Shown here: positions 34,599-42,996 of the stretch, one piece after another
Layout of the letters: every line of letters starts with the position of its first letter
How positions within the stretch are numbered: position 1 is the stretch's first letter
Assembly (NCBI GenBank): GCA_001778095.1
Contig: MFGA01000002.1
Coordinates: 48,827 to 107,095 of the forward strand
Origin: Candidatus Falkowbacteria bacterium RIFOXYA2_FULL_38_12
Lineage (GTDB): Bacteria > Patescibacteriota > Patescibacteriia > XYB2-FULL-38-15
Direction: 5' to 3'
DNA: 58,269 nt
Notes under the pieces: model-generated
Seen by the model: the letters and a program-made list of their open reading frames with translations, nothing else
Told to the model about the DNA's origin: nothing
Databases searched by the model: none
Program-made: the position numbers and the translations under genes

Positions 34599-37385
34599 AT
34601 GCCCAACTCAATAATTCTAAAAGGTGTTAAAGTTCATAATTTGAAAAATATCAGTGTTGAGATTCCAAAAAACAAAATGACAGTTATCACCGGTCCATCC
34701 GGCTCGGGAAAATCATCGCTTGCTTTTGATACGATTTACGCCGAAGGACAAAGGCGCTACGCGGAAAGTCTTTCCTCTTACGCCCGCCAATTTTTAGGAG
34801 TAATGGATAAACCGGCTATTGACCAGGTGGAAGGTCTCTCCCCCACGATAGCGATTGATCAACGAACGTCTTCCCACAATCCTCGCTCAACCGTTGGCAC
34901 AACCACGGAAATTTATGATTATCTGCGACTTCTTTTTACTTACATCGGCAGACCGCACTGCCCAAAATGCGGTTTGGAAATTACAAAACAAACTCCGGAT
35001 CAAATCACAAAGCAGATAATAGAAAAATTTAACGGGAAAGAAATTCTTGTTATCGCTCCTGTGAAAAATATTCAGAAAAAATTAAGCGCGACCTTGAAAC
35101 GAGCGGAAAAAAACGGATACAAGGAGGCGCGAATAAACGGAATAATTATTGATTTGGCAAAAATAAACAACCCGGACGAACAATTAAAAAAAGATGAGCT
35201 GGAAATTATTATTGACCGATCGGTGGTAGATAATAATTTCAAGAGAATAAACGACTTGATAAAAATAGCTCTTGAGCTGGGCGACGGAACGGTTATTGTT
35301 TTTTCTTTGAAAGACAGTCGAGATACAATTTTCAGCCAAATTTTTGTTTGCCCAAAATGCGGTTATGAATTGAAAAATTTAGAATTGAAAAATTTCTCTT
35401 TCAACAGTCCTTACGGAGCATGCCCGACTTGCTCCGGTCTGGGAAAAATATCAAGAATTGATCCGGCGCTTGTTATTCCCAATCCTCGACTTACTCTGGC
35501 CGAAGGAGCAATAAAACCATGGATAAAGATTTCCGGCGGGGCGGCAGGTCAATTAAAAATTATTGAAAAAATCGCCCCTCAATACAAATTTTCCGTTAAC
35601 ACGCCGGTAAAAGATTTTTCAAAAGAACAGCTGAATTTTGTTCTTTGGGGCGACCCCGATAAAAAAGAATTTGAGGGCGTCATTCCCGCTTTGGAAAAAA
35701 AATATAAAGAAACCACTTCGGAATATATCAGGAAAGAAATAGAAAATTACATGAGAAGCCAAGTTTGTTCATCTTGCAACGGCGCGCGTCTCAAAAAAGA
35801 AATCTTATCCATTAAAATAAATAAAAAATCAATTTCGGAAATTGCCGGACTTTCCATTTTGGAAATGGAAAATTTTATCAAACAATTAAATCAAAAAAAT
35901 AGTTATCTTTCTCTCCGCGAAAACCAAATAGCCGAACCGATTATAAAAGAAATCACCGCGCGCGTCACCAATATCAGTAACGTCGGTTTAAATTATTTAT
36001 CTTTAGACAGGGCCATGTCCACTCTCTCCGGAGGCGAGGTGCAAAGACTAAGACTTGCCAGCCAAATCGGCTCTTCTCTTTCCGGAATTATTTATATTCT
36101 GGACGAACCGTCTATCGGACTCCACCCCAAAGACAATTCAAGGCTGATAGAGACATTAAAAAAACTAAAAGACCTTGATAACACAATCATTGTCGTGGAG
36201 CACGACGAAGCGACGATTCTCGCCGCCGATCATGTTATTGATATCGGTCCGGGAGCCGGAGAATATGGCGGAGAAGTTGTTGCCATTGGATCACCAAAAG
36301 ATATCAAGAAAAATAAAAAATCATTGACCGGACTTTATTTATCAAAAAATTTATCCATTGAGCCACCGAAAAATTTCCGAAAAGGCAATGAAAAATTTTT
36401 AAAGATTATCGGGGCGAGCGCTAATAACCTGAAAAATATTGATGTTAAAATTCCCCTCGGCGCTCTTATTTCAGTAACCGGAGTTTCGGGATCAGGGAAA
36501 TCAACTTTGATTGAGGAAATTTTAAGCAAAGAATTGGCGCATAGATTTTATCGAGCAAAAGATCTGCCGGGAAAACACAAAGAAATAAAAGGAATAGAAT
36601 TTTTGGATAAAGTTATCACTATCAATCAAGCGCCCATTGGCAGAACTCCCCGCTCTAATCCGGCCACTTATACCGGAGTTTTTACTTATATCCGCGATTT
36701 GTTCACTGAAAATCAAGAAGCGAAAATCAAAGGCTACGACGCGGGAAAATTCAGTTTTAATGTGAAGGGTGGCGGGCGATGCGAGACTTGTGGAGGCGAA
36801 GGATCAGTAAAAATAGAAATGCAATTTCTGCCCGACGTTTATATTGAATGCGAAGAATGTCACGGCAAAAGATACAATGCCGAGGCACTCCAAATTCATT
36901 ATCGCGGAAAAAATATTGCTGATGTTTTAGATATGGCTGTAGAAGAAGCTTCATTATTTTTTGAAGATATTCCCCCGATTTTTGAAAAACTGCAAATTTT
37001 AGAAAGTGTCGGCTTGGGATATTTACGACTCGGCCAACCGGCAACAACCCTTTCCGGAGGAGAAGCGCAAAGAATCAAACTGGCCGCGGAATTATCTCGC
37101 CGAGCGACAGGAAAAACTCTTTACATTCTTGATGAACCGACCACCGGACTGCATTTTGACGATATCAAAAAACTATTATCCGTACTGAACCAATTAGTTG
37201 ATAAAGGAAACACCGTTTTAATTATTGAACATAATCTTGATGTGATAAAATGCGCCGACTGGGTTATTGATTTGGGCCCCGAAGGCGGAAAAAACGGCGG
37301 GTATTTGGTCGCAGAGGGAACACCAATAGAAATAATGAAAAATAAAAAATCTTACACCGGTCAATATCTTAGACAAGCAGAATAG
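34599..37385 (+). CDS. uvrA: Excinuclease ABC subunit A
   Basis: 928 aa. Two ABC ATPase modules ([18 protein letters not shown], two LSGGE signatures) and zinc-finger Cys clusters. Confidence 0.95.
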   Translation: MPNSIILKGVKVHNLKNISVEIPKNKMTVITGPSGSGKSSLAFDTIYAEGQRRYAESLSSYARQFLGVMDKPAIDQVEGLSPTIAIDQRTSSHNPRSTVGTTTEIYDYLRLLFTYIGRPHCPKCGLEITKQTPDQITKQIIEKFNGKEILVIAPVKNIQKKLSATLKRAEKNGYKEARINGIIIDLAKINNPDEQLKKDELEIIIDRSVVDNNFKRINDLIKIALELGDGTVIVFSLKDSRDTIFSQIFVCPKCGYELKNLELKNFSFNSPYGACPTCSGLGKISRIDPALVIPNPRLTLAEGAIKPWIKISGGAAGQLKIIEKIAPQYKFSVNTPVKDFSKEQLNFVLWGDPDKKEFEGVIPALEKKYKETTSEYIRKEIENYMRSQVCSSCNGARLKKEILSIKINKKSISEIAGLSILEMENFIKQLNQKNSYLSLRENQIAEPIIKEITARVTNISNVGLNYLSLDRAMSTLSGGEVQRLRLASQIGSSLSGIIYILDEPSIGLHPKDNSRLIETLKKLKDLDNTIIVVEHDEATILAADHVIDIGPGAGEYGGEVVAIGSPKDIKKNKKSLTGLYLSKNLSIEPPKNFRKGNEKFLKIIGASANNLKNIDVKIPLGALISVTGVSGSGKSTLIEEILSKELAHRFYRAKDLPGKHKEIKGIEFLDKVITINQAPIGRTPRSNPATYTGVFTYIRDLFTENQEAKIKGYDAGKFSFNVKGGGRCETCGGEGSVKIEMQFLPDVYIECEECHGKRYNAEALQIHYRGKNIADVLDMAVEEASLFFEDIPPIFEKLQILESVGLGYLRLGQPATTLSGGEAQRIKLAAELSRRATGKTLYILDEPTTGLHFDDIKKLLSVLNQLVDKGNTVLIIEHNLDVIKCADWVIDLGPEGGKNGGYLVAEGTPIEIMKNKKSYTGQYLRQAE

Positions 37386-37393
37386 ACAATAAC

Positions 37394-37422
37394 AAAAATC
37401 CCGCCATTTAGGCGGGATTTTT
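37394..37422. terminator. Bidirectional intrinsic terminator between uvrA and rplS
   Basis: aaaaatcccgcc-attta-ggcgggattttt. Confidence 0.75.
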
Positions 37423-37440
37423 AAAGTAGCTTACTGAAAA

Positions 37441-37827
37441 TTATAGCGCCACTTCTTTCAATTTCTTGGTATAAGTCTTTAAATAATGAAGTTTTGCTCT
37501 TCTAACTTCGGCTCTTTTAACTACTTCAATTTTAACAATTGTCGGCAATTCAAGAGGAAATATTTTTTCTACTCCAATTCCGTTGGAAATTTTTCTAACG
37601 GTAATCGTCGCTCCCTTTTCTTTTCCGCCTTTTTTGGAGATAATGATTCCCTCAAAAATTTGGACTCTTTTTCTTTCTTTTATCTTTTTCTTACCTTTTT
37701 CTTCCGTTGTCTCTATTTCTTGGATCTGTTGATGAATTCGGATGGTCTGCCCGGGTCGTAGCTCGGGTAATTCATTCTTGGTAACCACGGTCGCCTCTTC
37801 TTTTGTTTCTTTTATTTCGTCTGGCAT
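37441..37827 (-). CDS. rplS: 50S ribosomal protein L19
   Basis: The start is set at the ATG at 37827; the longer ORF begins at a TTG. LRPGQTIRIHQ... and ...ITVRKISNGIGVEKIFPL...VRRAKLHYL are typical bL19, with a Lys/Glu-rich insertion. Confidence 0.9.
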   Translation of the reverse strand: MPDEIKETKEEATVVTKNELPELRPGQTIRIHQQIQEIETTEEKGKKKIKERKRVQIFEGIIISKKGGKEKGATITVRKISNGIGVEKIFPLELPTIVKIEVVKRAEVRRAKLHYLKTYTKKLKEVAL

Positions 37828-37899
37828 ATTTTTCTTTATTATAAATAAACGATTTTGCAACTATTTTATTGTACTATTTTGCTCTAAAAAGTCAATACT

Positions 37900-38484
37900 T
37901 CAGCACTTTTGCAGATTTTCTAATAAAATCCGTAAAACTCTATCAATGGTTTCTTCTAGTTTATTTTCTTCATTGATGACGGTATAATCATAACTTTTCC
38001 TTTGTTTTAGCCACTTTTTTGTGAAAGGAAGCCTTTTTTTGATAGTTTCCGGCGTATCTGTTTTTCTCTTAATTAACCTCTCTTCTAATACTTTTAAGGA
38101 AGGTGGCAAAATCAAAACCGACAAAACCCCGGGAATTTTCTTTTTAATCGTCTCCACTCCTTGAAAATCAACTTTCCAAAGCGCCAAAGCATTTTTTTTG
38201 TTTAATCTTTCAATTTCCTTTTTTGTCGCTCCCCGATAGTCTCCATAAACATCAGCCCATTCGATAAAAGCGTCCTTTTTGATCATTGACTCAAACTTTT
38301 TTCTGGAAACAAAATAATACGGAAAGCCCTCTCTTTCCCCTATTCTTTTTCCTCTGGTTACGGTTGTAATTACCCTCTCGTATTTAATTTTATCTTTCAA
38401 GCCTTCAATAACCGAATCCTCTCCGGCTCCCGACGGCCCGGAAATGATAAAGAAAATTGTTTTTTTCAATTTCATTTTTATCAT
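37900..38484 (-). CDS. gmk: Guanylate kinase
   Basis: P-loop ISGPSGAGEDS, TTVTRGKRIGEREGFPYYFVS, and a lid region. Confidence 0.9.
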   Translation of the reverse strand: MIKMKLKKTIFFIISGPSGAGEDSVIEGLKDKIKYERVITTVTRGKRIGEREGFPYYFVSRKKFESMIKKDAFIEWADVYGDYRGATKKEIERLNKKNALALWKVDFQGVETIKKKIPGVLSVLILPPSLKVLEERLIKRKTDTPETIKKRLPFTKKWLKQRKSYDYTVINEENKLEETIDRVLRILLENLQKC

Positions 38485-38526
38485 AGTAAAACGAAAAAAT
38501 TATATGATTTCTGAAGGTAAATGCTA

Positions 38527-39222
38527 TTATCTCCTCAATGTTTCAAGAAAACTTTTTAGTTCTAAAGGTAGCTCGCTTTCATATTCTCTCCAATTATTTT
38601 CCAGATCATAAAAACCAAGTTTGGCTGAATGAAGAAAGATCCTATCGAGAGGAGCTTTTTTAATTTTTTTCTGATTATACAAAATATCGCCAACGATCGG
38701 ACATCCTAACGCAAAAAGATGAACTCTTATTTGGTGTGTTCTTCCCGTTTTAATCTTTACCGAGAGTAAAGTAAAATTAACAAATCTTTCCATTATCTCA
38801 TACTCCGTTATCGCTGTCCTTCCCCCTTCGTGATTCGGTGGAAGAGCGGCAAATCTCCCGGACTTAGCTCGCGCGATAGGAAAATCAATCACTCCTTCGT
38901 CCTTGGAAACTTTTCCATAGACAAGGGCAATATATTCTTTTCTTGTTTTTCTTTCTTCAAATTGTTTAATGAGATTTTCAAAAGACGCTTCGTTTTTGGC
39001 AACCACCAAAAGACCCGAGACCCCTTTGTCCAAACGATGAACTATTCCCGGTCGCGCCGGATCCGGACCAACCTGTTTTATCTCCGGATATTTTAAGAGA
39101 AGCCAATCAACCAAAGTTGGCTCGCCGCTCTTTCCTTCTTCTCTGTAAATTTCAAGACCGACCGGTTTATCTAAAACCAGAATATTGTCATCTTCATAAA
39201 TAATTTTTATCTTTTCTTCCAT
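38527..39222 (-). CDS. RluA-family 23S rRNA/tRNA pseudouridine synthase (no S4 domain)
   Basis: HRLDKGVSGLLVVAK catalytic Asp motif and GRTHQIRVH. Confidence 0.85.
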   Translation of the reverse strand: MEEKIKIIYEDDNILVLDKPVGLEIYREEGKSGEPTLVDWLLLKYPEIKQVGPDPARPGIVHRLDKGVSGLLVVAKNEASFENLIKQFEERKTRKEYIALVYGKVSKDEGVIDFPIARAKSGRFAALPPNHEGGRTAITEYEIMERFVNFTLLSVKIKTGRTHQIRVHLFALGCPIVGDILYNQKKIKKAPLDRIFLHSAKLGFYDLENNWREYESELPLELKSFLETLRR

Positions 39223-40847
39223 ATTATTTTTTTTGTTTTCGCTTTCTTGCTGTGAATCTTTTTGTCAGCCAAATAATTTTTTAAAATCTCCAAACCTTTC
39301 TTCTTTTGACCCTCCAAAGAACTCTCGCTTTTACCCAATTCTCCGGAAAGTTGCGCTTCCCTTAAAAAATTTATCAATTCTCCGATATCTTTGCCGGGTT
39401 TAAGGTTAAAGTTCTTCATTATTTCATCTCCGTTTAAAACTGGCGCTGGTAAACGATTTTTTTCTTTGACTAATTTTTTAAGTGAATTAATTCTCCTTAA
39501 TATTGCCTTAAAACTGCTTAAATCAACTTGACCTTTTTGGGGAATCGTCGCCAAAGAATCGGCAAGGTTTAATTGCAAGAACTCTTGTCCGGGAAAACTA
39601 GGATTAAAAAAATATTTTTCGATCGTCGCCGGACGCATTTCCTTAATTTTACCTTGAACTAAAAGCATGTGCTTTTCAACCATCATTCGCAATCGATCAG
39701 CATCAACTCTAAATGGCGACCCCTCTGGCAAACTGTCTAATTTAAGTCGGCGACAAATTTCTTCGGCTATTTTTCCTCCCAGGGTGTCATGCCCGTTAAA
39801 ACGGATTCTGTCCGTTCCATCTTTCTCCGGGGTTTGCAGAGTTAGCGGTTTACCAAGATCATGCAAAAGCAACCCAATAACAACACTGGCCGTCGGCTTT
39901 TCTTTTCCAAAATATTTTTTGAAAACTGGCGAATCCAATTTGGAGAGAGCCAAGCGAGTATGTGTCCAAACATCTCCTTCGGAATGGAAATTTTTAGGTT
40001 GAGGACAGCTTTTTAAAGTAAACATTTCCGGAATTAATTCGGCTAAGGCTCCGCTTTCATCGTAGATATCAAAAGCCTTTGTCGGTGAATAATAAAAAGC
40101 CTTAGTAAGCTCTTTGGCGATAGTCTCGTACGGGACAATTCTTTCTTTTACTCCGCCGATTTTTCTTTCATTGTTAATTTCGGACATTAAACCGCGAAGC
40201 GCCTTAAACGTCTTCTCTTCTATTTTAAAATTCAACTTCACGGAAAAACGAAGCGCCCGCAACATTCTGGAATAATCTTCTTTAAATCTTTCTTCGGGAT
40301 TTCCCACCGCTCTAATTATTCCCAGGGAAAGATCGTTGAGCCCACCATACGGGTCAATAACTTTCAACTTTTCACTTTTCACTTCTAATTTGATTGCCAT
40401 TGCATTCACGGTGAAATCTCTTCTTGCCAAATCATCTTCAATCTTCAATGCCGGATCCGATTGCACTTTAAAATCGCGATATCCCCCGCCATGACCAATA
40501 GAATGTTCTGTCCGAGGCAGGGCAATGTCTATCGGCTCTTCCTCTTCAATGTCTTTTGTAATAAATTTATAAACGCCAAAATTTTTACCAACCAAAACAA
40601 CTTTTCCTCTTTCTTTTAAAAATTTCTCCAATTGCTCGATGTTAATTCCCCTAACAACAAAATCATAATCTTTTATTTCTTTTTCTCCCAAAGCAATGTC
40701 GCGCACCGCCCCGCCGACAAGAAAAATTTCGCCGTGATGAAATATTTTCAAAAAATCTTGAATAAAAAACAAATTCCGATCTTTTTTTAGAGTAAGACCG
40801 AATTTTGATAACCTCTTCTCAAAAATTGCCGATTTTATCCTTGCCAT
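39207..40847 (-). CDS. cca: CCA-adding enzyme / poly(A) polymerase family nucleotidyltransferase with an HD domain
   Basis: GGAVRD, DYDF and RDFTVNAMA head-domain motifs, plus an HD-like LLHDLGK. This fits the fact that only 2 of the 7 tRNA genes here encode CCA. Confidence 0.8.
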   Translation of the reverse strand: MARIKSAIFEKRLSKFGLTLKKDRNLFFIQDFLKIFHHGEIFLVGGAVRDIALGEKEIKDYDFVVRGINIEQLEKFLKERGKVVLVGKNFGVYKFITKDIEEEEPIDIALPRTEHSIGHGGGYRDFKVQSDPALKIEDDLARRDFTVNAMAIKLEVKSEKLKVIDPYGGLNDLSLGIIRAVGNPEERFKEDYSRMLRALRFSVKLNFKIEEKTFKALRGLMSEINNERKIGGVKERIVPYETIAKELTKAFYYSPTKAFDIYDESGALAELIPEMFTLKSCPQPKNFHSEGDVWTHTRLALSKLDSPVFKKYFGKEKPTASVVIGLLLHDLGKPLTLQTPEKDGTDRIRFNGHDTLGGKIAEEICRRLKLDSLPEGSPFRVDADRLRMMVEKHMLLVQGKIKEMRPATIEKYFFNPSFPGQEFLQLNLADSLATIPQKGQVDLSSFKAILRRINSLKKLVKEKNRLPAPVLNGDEIMKNFNLKPGKDIGELINFLREAQLSGELGKSESSLEGQKKKGLEILKNYLADKKIHSKKAKTKKIIWKKR

Positions 40848-41034
40848 ATTGCTTTAGTCCTTATTTGTTTATTCTAGCACATTTTTAGGCTTAAACCCAT
40901 TGTCTATGGACGACGTAGAATAGTTTATTCTAGCGTGTTTCTCTCTTTTGGGCAAGTCGCTACGGTCTTGTTTGACCCCAATGTATAATTAGGATAAAAT
41001 GAACTTATGAACATAACCTATATAATACCTTTCT

Positions 41035-41700
41035 ATGAGTAGGCTAATCGATCGCGAGAAGGCACTTAGTTTAAGAAAAGAGGGAAAAAGCTACTCGCAA
41101 ATAAAATCTATTCTAAAAATACCAAAAAGCACTCTAAGTGGTTGGCTTCACGATCTTCCTTTAACCAATGAACAAATCAACTTACTGCGCGGTAGCAATA
41201 GTGAGATAAAGATAGAAAAATTTAGGGAGACGATGCGACATAAAAGAATTGCCAAATTGGAAAAAATTCTAAAGGAAAGAAAAAAAATACTCCCATTATC
41301 ACAGAGAGAACTTTTTTTGTGTGGTTTATTTCTTTATTTGGGAGAAGGATCGAAATCCGAACGGTCCAAACTGTCGATAACAAATACTGATCCGGATATA
41401 ATAGAATTTACTCTTTTGTGGTTTACTAAAATATTGAAAATTCCTAGAAAAAAAATACGAATAGATTTACAATTATATCAAGACATGAATGCGAGTGAAA
41501 AAACAAATTTTTGGAGTAAAAAATTGAATATGCCAACAAAACAATTTAATAAACCTTATATTAAAAGTACTTCTGGAAAAAGAATAAACCACAAAGGAAG
41601 TTTCGGTCAAGGAACTTGCGCAATTTCTTTCTATAATGTTAATATAAAAGACAAAGTAATGATGAGTCTTAGAGGTATAATGACTCATTATTTAAGTTAA
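41035..41700 (+). CDS. HTH plus LAGLIDADG-like homing-endonuclease-like protein (free-standing)
   Basis: N-terminal resolvase-type HTH (GKSYSQIKSILKIPKSTLSGWL). The central block LFLCGLFLYLGEGSKSE...ITNTDPDIIEF resembles a LAGLIDADG-type motif with an acidic residue. The assignment is from memory. Confidence 0.4.
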   Translation: MSRLIDREKALSLRKEGKSYSQIKSILKIPKSTLSGWLHDLPLTNEQINLLRGSNSEIKIEKFRETMRHKRIAKLEKILKERKKILPLSQRELFLCGLFLYLGEGSKSERSKLSITNTDPDIIEFTLLWFTKILKIPRKKIRIDLQLYQDMNASEKTNFWSKKLNMPTKQFNKPYIKSTSGKRINHKGSFGQGTCAISFYNVNIKDKVMMSLRGIMTHYLS

Positions 41701-41705
41701 AATCT

Positions 41706-41781
41706 GGGCCTGTAGCTCATCGGTCAGAGCAATTGCCTTATAAGCAATGGGTAGATGGTTCGATTCCATCCAGGCCCACCA
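41706..41781 (+). tRNA. tRNA-Ile (anticodon UAU), CCA encoded
   Basis: Acceptor GGGCCTG/CAGGCCC, anticodon stem-loop attgc-CTTATAA-gcaat, T-arm gatggTTCGATTccatc. Confidence 0.85.
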
Positions 41782-41809
41782 AATGCAATTTTAATCTTTA
41801 TATAAAAAT

Positions 41810-41833
41810 CTCCCAATTTTTGGGAGCTTTTTT
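41810..41833 (+). terminator. Intrinsic terminator after tRNA-Ile
   Basis: ctccca-atttt-tgggag followed by cttttttg. Confidence 0.7.
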
Positions 41834-42024
41834 GTAAATATTTATTAACTAAAAATAATCCCGATTAAAGGATTATTTTCAGCTTTTCGCCTTGCATCTA
41901 TACTTAGGCTCATCAGTACCGAACTCATCGATAGAAGTGGGGACAATAAGCAGAAATTGTCCCGGCGGGTTTTTGATGTGATGTTTTTCCCATCTGCTTG
42001 TCCTTTCGGACTGGGAGGGGGGGC

Positions 42025-42315
42025 TCAGTGGGTTCGGGCTGAGACAAAGGTACATGTCCCCTCGGGATCGGAGGGGTCGTACACGCACCACGTTCCCAGC
42101 TGGACACATAGCGTACACCCGTTGATCCCTTCATTTTCAAAAAGGGAGCAGGCGCTCCCCTTGCAGCCACAAAGGTACTGTTCCTCCGGGAGACAAAACT
42201 CGGCGGTCTGATACCCTTCTCGTTGTCTCCGCTCCCATGCGGGAAGAACTACCGCATAGGCGAGGGCCGCAATGACAGCAATAGAAACCAAGAAAAAACA
42301 AAAACTCTTCATCAT
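42025..42315 (-). CDS. Small secreted Cys-rich protein (96 aa) in a G+C-rich islet
   Basis: GGAGG lies 4 nt upstream of the ATGATG start. It has a signal-like N-terminus (MMKSFCFFLVSIAVIAALAYA) and 9 further Cys. All three frames are open in this islet, so the 3' extent is uncertain. Confidence 0.5.
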   Translation of the reverse strand: MMKSFCFFLVSIAVIAALAYAVVLPAWERRQREGYQTAEFCLPEEQYLCGCKGSACSLFENEGINGCTLCVQLGTWCVYDPSDPEGTCTFVSARTH

Positions 42316-42827
42316 TTCCTCCGTTAATCGTAGCGATATTGCTACGATTCGTCATTTAAGCATATATATATATATCTTTGTCAATGACGTTTGACATTTT
42401 CCAAGTATTTCCTTGTTCAGAAAAAATATACGCTATCATTCATTTTTTTAACTTTCCATCCATATATTCTGAAATCATTGCCCAAGATCATGCAATTTTT
42501 TCTATCTCTTCTTAAATATTTATAAACAATGGCTAACAATTTATTAATTATTATTTATGCAGACTTATACTCTGTCTAAATTTTAAAAATATTTTCAATT
42601 CTTTTATGTCGTTATTAAAATTGTTTTGAAAAATGTTTATTTTTTCTAAAAAAATTATAATTTCACAAAAATGAAAAATATTTTAAAAAAATTATTTGTA
42701 AAATGTTAAAAAATAAAAAAGTTATCCACACTTTTTCTTGTTGACAATCAAAATTTGATTTATAATTAAATAAAGTAAAAAAATATTTTTTAAAAATATA
42801 ACTTAATCAAAGGAGGAGGTGATAAAC

Positions 42828-42920
42828 ATGGTAGCAAAAAAGAAAGTTGCAAAAAAGAAAGCAGCTCCAAAAAAGAAAGTCGTAAAAAAAGCGAAGAAGT
42901 CAAAAAAATCAAAAAGATAA
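42828..42920 (+). CDS. 30-aa lysine-rich microprotein (MVAKKKVAKKKAAPKKKVVKKAKKSKKSKR)
   Basis: Not in the ORF track because it is too short. AGGAGGAGG lies 7 nt upstream of the ATG. A promoter-like TTGTTG/TTGACA...TATAAT sits at 42738-42766, and a terminator hairpin lies just downstream. Confidence 0.6.
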   Translation: MVAKKKVAKKKAAPKKKVVKKAKKSKKSKR

Positions 42921-42940
42921 ACTTCTTGTTTTTATAAAAT

Positions 42941-42972
42941 AAAACTTCCCCGTCGCATGATGGAGAAGTTTT
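42941..42972. terminator. Bidirectional terminator-like hairpin between the microprotein gene and the EndoQ gene
   Basis: aaaacttc...gaagtttt stem with flanking A and T runs. Confidence 0.5.
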
Positions 42973-42996
42973 ATTATTAAATAATTTTATAAAATT

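Noticed and set aside
41879-42355. Overlapping ORFs 41879-42118, 41925-42170, 41957-42211(+) and 42137-42355 as separate genes
   Set aside because: All lie in the same GC-rich islet, where stop codons are rare in every frame. Only 42025-42315 has an SD and a signal peptide. The others have Pro/Arg/Gly-rich compositions typical of off-frame GC-rich translation.
42722-42730. Replication origin (oriC), based on a perfect TTATCCACA DnaA box in an AT-rich spacer
   Set aside because: I found only one consensus box. There is no dnaA/dnaN nearby and no cluster of boxes. It is kept only as a low-interest note.
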